Below, piece after piece: positions 58,009 to 64,000 of a stretch of DNA of 64,000 nt. The notes under the pieces were generated by a model. The model searched no databases and was not told the DNA's origin. It saw nothing but the letters and a program-made list of their open reading frames with translations. The position numbers and the translations under genes were made by a program. Positions within the stretch are counted from its first letter, which is position 1; each line of letters begins with the position of its first letter. The DNA comes from Thermoleophilia bacterium UBA6103 (GTDB lineage: Bacteria > Actinomycetota > Thermoleophilia > UBA2241): contig DIWP01000056.1 in NCBI GenBank assembly GCA_002423545.1, positions 69,110-133,109 of the forward strand, given 5' to 3'.

Positions 58009-58264
58009 AGGGCCCTTCACCTGGGCTCCGGCGGCGTAGCGTCACACGCGCTGTCACCGTATCGCGTCCGATCCGAGCGGCGGCAGGGAGGGCAGTACAC
58101 CCGAGGCCCTCCGGCCCCATCGACAGCCACGAGGGCATGGCACCCGGTGTCGTCTGGTCCCAGCGGCGGGCGGGAGGCATCATCTGACGGTCGCGCGGCT
58201 GCACGGTCACGGGGCCGTCTGGTATACTGCGGCCCCTCCGGCGGCCCAGTGCGGCCGCCTGCGT

Positions 58265-58340
58265 GGGCGACTAGCTCAGTTGGGAGAGCGCCAGCTCGAC
58301 AAGCTGGAGGTCGTTGGTTCAATTCCAACGTCGCCCACCA
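58265..58340 (+). tRNA. tRNA, anticodon read as GAC (Val) with unusual C33
   Basis: GGGCGAC-TA-GCTC-AGTTGGGA-GAGC-G-CCAGC-TCGACAA-GCTGG-AGGTC-GTTGG-TTCAATT-CCAAC-GTCGCCC-A-CCA. Perfect 7-bp acceptor stem, D, anticodon and T arms, and an encoded CCA. Confidence 0.8.
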
Positions 58341-58473
58341 TCTCTCAGGCCCCTCGCCCCCGCCCTCACCGCTCCCTGAAGGCCCCCTCGCCACCTCGCC
58401 ACACGCGCCGGTCCCTCTCGCAGCGCACACCCGTCTCACGCCGAGAGTCACACCCATCAGGGGTCGCATCTAA

Positions 58474-58734
58474 GTCCAGGTTCCCCTGAGGATCCGCCAA
58501 CGTCACCCGAGCGAGCGAGCCACTGTCATCCTCCACCGGCGTCCACTCTCGGAGCCGGCGTTCTTGGCCGGCACGTGCTTCGTTCGCTGCAGACACTCGG
58601 GCGGGGCGCGCAACGCCCCGTTACCCGACTTCTTCATCGGCGCGCATGCGGCGGTGCGCGGGTTCCGCCTGCTCACCCGCGATACCCGGCGGTACGCGAC
58701 GTACTTCCCGACGGTCGAACTGATCGCTCCGTGA
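58474..58734 (+). pseudogene. truncated VapC (PIN-domain toxin) remnant, C-terminal ~70 codons only
   Basis: An open frame without a start codon translates to …LSEPAFLAGTCFVRCRHSGGARNAPLPDFFIGAHAAVRGFRLLTRDTRRYATYFPTVELIAP*, which matches a VapC C-terminus. The N-terminal half is missing; the remnant lies ~130 nt downstream of the tRNA. Confidence 0.4.
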
Positions 58735-58741
58735 CCCCGCC

Positions 58742-59071
58742 TCACGGCGCGAAGAGCTCGTGCAGGACCCGCAGGACGGCGTCGGCCTCGCCGGCGCTCA
58801 GCGTGCCGAGCCGCCGGGCGAGCCGTGTCTTGTCGATGGTGCGCAGCTGGTCGAGCACTATCTGACCCCGCTTGTCCTGGAAGCGGGTCTCCACGCGCGA
58901 AGGGTAGGACCTGCGGGCGGTCATCATCGGCGCGACGATCACGGTACGCAGGTGCCTGTTCATCTCGTCCGGCGAGACGATCACGCATGGGCGCGTCTTC
59001 CGGATCTCGCTGCCGATGGTGGGGTCGAGGATCACGAGGAAGACGTCGAAGCGCGCTACTTCCACTCCCAC
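58742..59071 (-). CDS. type II toxin, PemK/MazF-family endoribonuclease
   Basis: …RFDVFLVILDPTIGSEIRKTRPCVIVSPDEMN…TVIVAPMMT… is a Kid/PemK-fold signature. 109 aa. Confidence 0.65.
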   Translation of the reverse strand: MGVEVARFDVFLVILDPTIGSEIRKTRPCVIVSPDEMNRHLRTVIVAPMMTARRSYPSRVETRFQDKRGQIVLDQLRTIDKTRLARRLGTLSAGEADAVLRVLHELFAP

Positions 59072-59328
59072 TCCTCGCCGGCCGACTCGTCCACGCCGGC
59101 CGTGCCGCCGGCGATGAGATCGGCGTCGAGAAGCCGGTCGTCGCCGTGCGACGCCATCTCCCGGAACGCGTCGTCCCAGCCAAGGCGCGCGCTGCGCGCG
59201 GACCGGACGACGAGCGCGTCGCCGCGGATGGTGATCTCGACCTCGTCCTGCAATCCCGCCTCCTCCAGCAGGGCCTTCGGGATGCGGAGACCCCGTGAGT
59301 TGCCGATCCTGACTATGCGTGCCCTCAT
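59056..59328 (-). CDS. type II antitoxin, AbrB/MazE (SpoVT-AbrB) family
   Basis: MRARIVRIGNSRGLRIPKALLEEAGL is a SpoVT/AbrB swapped-hairpin motif. Overlaps the toxin start by 16 nt. Confidence 0.6.
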   Translation of the reverse strand: MRARIVRIGNSRGLRIPKALLEEAGLQDEVEITIRGDALVVRSARSARLGWDDAFREMASHGDDRLLDADLIAGGTAGVDESAGEEWEWK

Positions 59329-59637
59329 GTCACCACCTCACCGTGTAATCACAGTGTAATTACGCAAGCGCCGAGTGGCAAGAACGCACGGGCCGTTCTG
59401 TTCACTGGCGAAGGGTAAGCCGCGGCACCGGCGGAAGGAAGCTCTGAGAACGGCACGATGGGTGACGTTGGGGTCGACCGGCGGTGGACGTTGCAGTCGC
59501 AGGATGGTGGACCGGATCAGGGGAGTGTGTCGTAGAGTACGGGCATCGCTGCGAAGCACGTCGTGCCCGCCTGCTTCAGGCGGGCGTTCGGGTCCTGATG
59601 GGAGGGGCGCGCTCGGTCCGTGACGGGAGGGAAAGCT

Positions 59638-59949
59638 GTGGCAGACGACGACGAGATCCAGGTGGTGTCCCAGGGCGACGCAGCTCTGCGCGAGATGGCG
59701 ATGCGGAGCCTCAAGGCGAAGAGCGACTTCAAGATCCACGCGGTCGTCTACGTGCTCGTCAACCTGCTGTTGGTGGTCATCTGGCTGATCAGCGCCTGGG
59801 TGAGCGGCGAGTGGTTCCCCTGGTTCCTCTTCCCGCTCTGCGGATGGGGCGTCGGACTGGGCATCCATGCCTGGACCGTGTACGGACAGCGGTCGATCAC
59901 CGAGGATGACGTGCACCGGGAGATGGAGAAGCTGCGCGGCAGGAGTTGA
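59638..59949 (+). CDS. 2TM-domain small membrane protein
   Basis: …KSDFKIHAVVYVLVNLLLVVIWLISAW…WFPWFLFPLCGWGVGLGIHAW… are two TM helices typical of the 2TM family. GTG start with [10 protein letters not shown]. Confidence 0.45.
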   Translation: MADDDEIQVVSQGDAALREMAMRSLKAKSDFKIHAVVYVLVNLLLVVIWLISAWVSGEWFPWFLFPLCGWGVGLGIHAWTVYGQRSITEDDVHREMEKLRGRS

Positions 59950-59990
59950 GCAGGCCGGCGGCGGCCGGCCCAGCTGTGGCTCGTGAGTCG

Positions 59991-60995
59991 ATGAGCGTGA
60001 ACGGCGGGCCGTGCCCGAAGATCGAGCTGCATGTGCACCTCGAGGCGACGGTGGAGCCGGCGACGCTGCTCGCCATGGCGCGGCGGAACGGCGAGCGGCT
60101 GCCGGCCGATACCGTCGAAGGCCTGCGCGACTTCTGCCGCTTCACCACGTTCCCGCATTTCATCGCCGTCTGGATCGCGGTGACCAACGTGATGCGGCGG
60201 GCCGACGACTTCCGCCGCGTCGTCGTGGACTATGCGGCCCGGGCGGCCGACGTCGGCTGCGTCTACGTGGAGGGCATCTTCTCGCCGGCCGAGCGGGTGC
60301 GCCGCGGCGTGCCCTGGCAGGACCTGTTCGAGGGCTACTGCGACGGCGCCGCCGAGGCTCGCGAGCGACACGGGGTCGAGGTGCGCCTCACCCCGGACAT
60401 CACGCGCGACTTCCCGCTCGGCGAGGCCTGGCCGATCGTCGAGTGGGCGGGCCGGTATCGGGAGCGCGGCGTGGTGGGCGTCGGGCTCGGCGGGTCGGAG
60501 CAGCGCTACCCGCCGGAGCTGTTCGCGCCGGTGTTCCAACGGGTGCGCGAGGACGGCCTGGGCAGCGTGCCGCACGCCGGGGAGATGCGTGGACCGGCGT
60601 CGGTGCGCACGGCCCTGGAGGCGCTCGGCGCCGACCGTATCCGGCACGGGGTGCGGGCCGCGGAAGACCCCGGACTGGTCCGCGAGCTGGCGGCGCGCGG
60701 CACCGTGCTCGACGTCACGCCGGTGAGCAACGTGCGCACCGGCGTCGTCGGTGATCTGGCGGCACATCCACTGCGCGAGCTGGCGGCGGCCGGCGTGCGC
60801 TGCTCGGTCTCCAGCGACGATCCGGTGCTCATGGAGACGAGCCTGGAGGAGAACGTGGCGGCGGCAGCGGCCCTCGGCGTACCGCCGCGCGACCAGTTCT
60901 TCAACGCCCTCGACGGCGTACTCTGCGAACCGGGCGTCAGAGAGCGTCTGCGGCGCCTCGGCGAAGCCTACGACTGGGAGGGCGTCAGCGCCTGA
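59991..60995 (+). CDS. add: adenosine deaminase
   Basis: PKIELHVHLEAT (HxH metal motif), …SDDP… (catalytic Asp) and ~335 aa TIM-barrel family conservation. Confidence 0.7.
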   Translation: MSVNGGPCPKIELHVHLEATVEPATLLAMARRNGERLPADTVEGLRDFCRFTTFPHFIAVWIAVTNVMRRADDFRRVVVDYAARAADVGCVYVEGIFSPAERVRRGVPWQDLFEGYCDGAAEARERHGVEVRLTPDITRDFPLGEAWPIVEWAGRYRERGVVGVGLGGSEQRYPPELFAPVFQRVREDGLGSVPHAGEMRGPASVRTALEALGADRIRHGVRAAEDPGLVRELAARGTVLDVTPVSNVRTGVVGDLAAHPLRELAAAGVRCSVSSDDPVLMETSLEENVAAAAALGVPPRDQFFNALDGVLCEPGVRERLRRLGEAYDWEGVSA

Positions 60996-62521
60996 TCGTC
61001 GTCGTCGGTCGTCGGGCTCGCATCGGCGGGTGTGGCGGCGTGCCGGTGCCCGATCTCTGGCCGGCTCACATCCGCGCCCGCGGCGTCGCCGGCGTCCGGC
61101 GATCGTTCCCGCTTGGCCGATGCAGCGGCGCGCCGACGGTACATGTCGGCGTCGGCGGCGCTCAGCAGGGCGTCGAGGTCGGTCTCCCGTGGGTCGGCGA
61201 GCGCCACGCCCATCGTCACTCGCACTTCAGTGACGCCTTCGACCGGGGGCGACGCGCTGGCGAGGGTGTCGCGCAGGCGCGTCATGACGGTGTCGGCGTT
61301 CTCGGTGAGCGGCCCTACGGTGAAGGCGGCGAACTCGTCGCCGCCGATGCGTGCCACCACGTCGGCTGAGCGGAAGCTGCTGCTCAGAGCCTCCGCGGCG
61401 GTCACGATCAGGGCGTCGCCGGCGGTGTGGCCGAGGGTGTCGTTGACCTTCTTGAGGTCCTCGACGTCGGCGTAGAAGAGCGCCACCGGACGGTGCTCGC
61501 GGGCGGCCAGGCTGAGCAGTGTGCCGGCGGTGTGCAGGAAGCCGCGCCGGTTGAGCAGTCCGGTCATCTCATCGTGGCTGGAGAGGAAGGCCAGCGCCGT
61601 GGATTCGGCGCCGAGCTGGGCCACCAGGCGGCCGTAGGCGCGGTTCATGCCGCCCTGGATCAGCGCCTGGTAGACGAGCAGCACGGCGATCAGCATGAGC
61701 AGATGGCCGATGAGATTGGGCGTGGCGTAGACGCCCACGTAGAGGGTGAAGGCGATCTCCGCCGCCGCCGAGAGCAGCAGCGCGGCGATGAGCTGCAGAC
61801 GGTTGGATCGCGGCAGCGAGCGCGGCCAGACGACGTGGATGCCGGCGGCGACCACGAAGCCGCCGGCGATGACGTACTCGCTCACCACCTTGAAGGTGGT
61901 GAGACCCGCGCCCTCGACGTAGCAGGCAGGAAACACGTCCCACCAGAAGATGGTCGCCAGCAGCAGGAACGTGACGAGGACGAAGCTGCCGACGGCCAGG
62001 CTCGTGTGCATGGTGCGTCCGCCGCCGCAGAACGGCGCCGCCAGGAAGGTGGCCACTGTGAGCGCCCGCGCCGCGATCCACAGCTGCGTCGGGAGGTCGG
62101 CGTCGGCGTCGGGGAAGACGCCCATGCCCTTGTAGGCCAGCAGGTGCAGGAGCTGGATGAGCGCCACGCAGAGCAGGCCGAGGCCGACGAGGGTGGCGTA
62201 GGAGTCGGGGACGATGCTCCGCAGGCTCCAGCTCATGGCGAAGACCACCACGGCGACGGCAAGCACGGTCGTCTCCACCAGGCTGTGGAAGAGCAGGTAG
62301 CTGACCTCGGTGGTGGCCCAGAAGGCTGCCAGGACGGCGATGCCGACGAGGGTGATGACGAGCGTGCGGACGGCGAGCGTCCGCGGACTGCGGCCGGGCG
62401 ACAGCTCGGCGCCGGAGGTCAGGCCGAGGTCGGGCCGGGAGGTACCACCGGTGGGCGCCGGGCTTGCCGCGGGTGCAGGGCCCGCCGCCTCACTGTCTGC
62501 TTGTCCTTTCGGCCGAACCAA
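60968..62521 (-). CDS. membrane-anchored diguanylate cyclase (MASE1-like polytopic N-domain + GGDEF)
   Basis: About eight TM helices, then …LTGLLNRRGF…ADVEDLKKVNDTLGHTAGD…RIGGDEFAAF… (GGDEF). Ends with TAG, overlapping the add gene 3' end by 28 nt on the opposite strand. Confidence 0.7.
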   Translation of the reverse strand: MVRPKGQADSEAAGPAPAASPAPTGGTSRPDLGLTSGAELSPGRSPRTLAVRTLVITLVGIAVLAAFWATTEVSYLLFHSLVETTVLAVAVVVFAMSWSLRSIVPDSYATLVGLGLLCVALIQLLHLLAYKGMGVFPDADADLPTQLWIAARALTVATFLAAPFCGGGRTMHTSLAVGSFVLVTFLLLATIFWWDVFPACYVEGAGLTTFKVVSEYVIAGGFVVAAGIHVVWPRSLPRSNRLQLIAALLLSAAAEIAFTLYVGVYATPNLIGHLLMLIAVLLVYQALIQGGMNRAYGRLVAQLGAESTALAFLSSHDEMTGLLNRRGFLHTAGTLLSLAAREHRPVALFYADVEDLKKVNDTLGHTAGDALIVTAAEALSSSFRSADVVARIGGDEFAAFTVGPLTENADTVMTRLRDTLASASPPVEGVTEVRVTMGVALADPRETDLDALLSAADADMYRRRAAASAKRERSPDAGDAAGADVSRPEIGHRHAATPADASPTTDDDDQALTPSQS

Positions 62522-62623
62522 GCGTAGTCCGATCTGTCGACACGGAGTCTACGCCCTTCATCGGTCGGGTGGACGAGAATGTTGAAGTCCGTGATCCAGG
62601 CTCGGGGACCTGAGCCGGACACC

Positions 62624-62890
62624 TCAAGCCTTGCGCACCACGCGGGCGAACTCGGCCGGCACTGCCAGGACCTCGCCGGCCTTGTCCTGCAGATCGAGCT
62701 GCTCGTTGTGCAGGATGCGGGTGATCCGCCACTCCCGTCCGTCGGGCGTCTCGACAAAGTCGCCGATCTCCGGCGTCGCCTCGTCGCGCCGCCGTCGTGC
62801 TTCGATCTGCGCAAGGTAATCCTGGAAGCGCCGTACCGTCTCCGCATCCCACTCGACCACGTCGTGCCTTTCGTCAGGTTCCAGGGACAT
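62624..62890 (-). CDS. hypothetical small protein
   Basis: 88 aa ORF with good codon usage (MSLEPDERHDVVEWDAETVRRFQDYLAQIEARRRR…). No recognised domain. Confidence 0.3.
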   Translation of the reverse strand: MSLEPDERHDVVEWDAETVRRFQDYLAQIEARRRRDEATPEIGDFVETPDGREWRITRILHNEQLDLQDKAGEVLAVPAEFARVVRKA

Positions 62891-62917
62891 CGCCTCTGGG
62901 CGCCTCGCCGCGTCGGC

Positions 62918-63487
62918 TCAGGTGCCCAGGAAGTTCCTCATGAGCGCCTCGCCGGCGTCGGTGAGCACGCTCTCGGGGTGGAACTGCACGCCCTCCACCG
63001 GCAGCGAGCGATGGCGGACGCCCATCACCACGCCGTCGTCGAGCCAGGCGGACAACTCCAGGGCCGGCGGCAGGCCGGCGTCGACTATCAGGGAGTGGTA
63101 GCGGGTGGCGGTGAAGGGCTGCGGCAGGCCGGCGTAGATGGTCCTGCCGTCGTGGTGCACCTCGCCGGTCTTGCCGTGGATGGGATAGCTGCCGCGGTGC
63201 ACGCTGCCGCCGTAGACCTGTCCGATGCACTGATGACCGAGGCAGATGCCGAGGACCGGCAGACGCTCGCCGAAGTGGAGGATGGCCTCCATCGAGATGC
63301 CGGCCTCGTTGGGAGTGCAGGGGCCGGGCGAGATGACCAGGTGGGTCGGCCCGGCGGCCTCGATCTCGGGGATCGTCACCTTGTCGTTGCGGGCCACCAG
63401 GATCTCGGCGCCGACCTCGCCCATGAGCTGGACGACGTTGTAGGTGAACGAGTCGTAGTTGTCGATGAGGAAGACTCTGGGCTTCAC
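62918..63487 (-). CDS. glutamine amidotransferase class I, anthranilate/aminodeoxychorismate synthase component II (TrpG/PabA)
   Basis: …VFLIDNYDSFTYNVV…PVLGICLGHQ…GVQFHPES… is the catalytic Cys-His-Glu triad context of TrpG/PabA. Confidence 0.75.
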   Translation of the reverse strand: MKPRVFLIDNYDSFTYNVVQLMGEVGAEILVARNDKVTIPEIEAAGPTHLVISPGPCTPNEAGISMEAILHFGERLPVLGICLGHQCIGQVYGGSVHRGSYPIHGKTGEVHHDGRTIYAGLPQPFTATRYHSLIVDAGLPPALELSAWLDDGVVMGVRHRSLPVEGVQFHPESVLTDAGEALMRNFLGT

Positions 63488-64000
63488 GTTGTCGCCCCCT
63501 CGGCCGTCTGCCGCAGTGCCGCGTCGATGCCGCCGAGCAGCTCCGCGGCTGCGCGGGCGCCGGCCCGTGCACGCTCGGCGACGCCGTCCGCGGCGTCCGC
63601 ACGAGCGCTGCCGGCAGCCGTCGCGACGCGCCCGGCCGGTGCTCGCTCTTCCGCGACGGCAGTCGCGGTCGCAGCGCCGGCGACCGCCTCCGCGACGCGC
63701 GCGATCAGCGCGCTGCCGATTATGACACCGTCGGCGACGGCTGCCACCTCGGCCGCCTGTCCGGGGGTGGAGATGCCGAAGCCGGCGACCAGCGGGGTGG
63801 CAGTGCGCCGGCGCAGACGCGCGACGAGCCCGGGCAGTTCGCCGCCGAGGTGTGCCCGCGCGCCGGTGACGCCGGTGACGGCCACGCAGTAGATGAAGGA
63901 CGTGGCCGCCGCCGCCACCATGTCGAGCCGTGCGTCGGTGGAAGTGGGGGTGGCCATGGGGACGAGGCTGAGGCCGGCACCGGCGGCCACGGCCGCCAGC
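63484..64000 (-). CDS. trpA: tryptophan synthase alpha chain (partial, N-terminus beyond window end), with Ala-rich C-terminal extension
   Basis: …FIYCVAVTGVTGAR…LVAGFGISTPGQAAEVAAVADGVIIGSAL… is the TrpA C-terminal half. The gene continues past position 64000. Confidence 0.6.
   Translation of the reverse strand, partial: LAAVAAGAGLSLVPMATPTSTDARLDMVAAAATSFIYCVAVTGVTGARAHLGGELPGLVARLRRRTATPLVAGFGISTPGQAAEVAAVADGVIIGSALIARVAEAVAGAATATAVAEERAPAGRVATAAGSARADAADGVAERARAGARAAAELLGGIDAALRQTAEGATT

Overview
The window is a 64 kb stretch of a very high-GC (about 70 %) bacterial chromosome, with Actinobacteria-like codon usage and TGA as the dominant stop codon. Most of it is ordinary but dense coding sequence: transporters, an amidohydrolase, thrC, prfB with its +1 frameshift, an IclR and a TetR regulator, M15 and M20 peptidases, add, and trpG/trpA at the 3' edge. 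It carries three type II toxin-antitoxin pairs (one VapBC and two MazEF/PemIK-like), a tRNA (called Val-GAC, but with C at position 33) followed by a truncated VapC remnant, and several in-frame tandem coding repeats.

The standout region is roughly 15.6-27.0 kb. A giant sensor histidine kinase (1,619 aa; N-terminal MEDS-like domain, about eight PAS domains, HisKA/HATPase) is co-oriented with a CheY-like response regulator and an RR-PAS-HD-GYP phosphodiesterase. It is divergently paired with an operon consisting of mttB, a STAS protein, a B12-binding protein with a novel N-terminal domain, and a GGDEF cyclase.

The mttB-family gene (22635..24104) is interrupted by a single in-frame TAG at 23616-23618. 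This aligns with the position I recall as the pyrrolysine residue of trimethylamine:corrinoid methyltransferases. Conserved MttB sequence continues in the same frame on both sides. This suggests either amber-to-pyrrolysine recoding in an unexpected high-GC lineage or a very recently inactivated gene. A second mttB paralog (220..1692) has no TAG and aligns Ala to that position. TAG is a rare stop in the window: 3 of about 55 genes use it.

No pylTSBCD genes, CRISPR arrays, transposases or integrases were recognised. All coordinates derived by hand (tRNA, frameshift site, repeats, operators) are approximate, roughly +/-10 nt.
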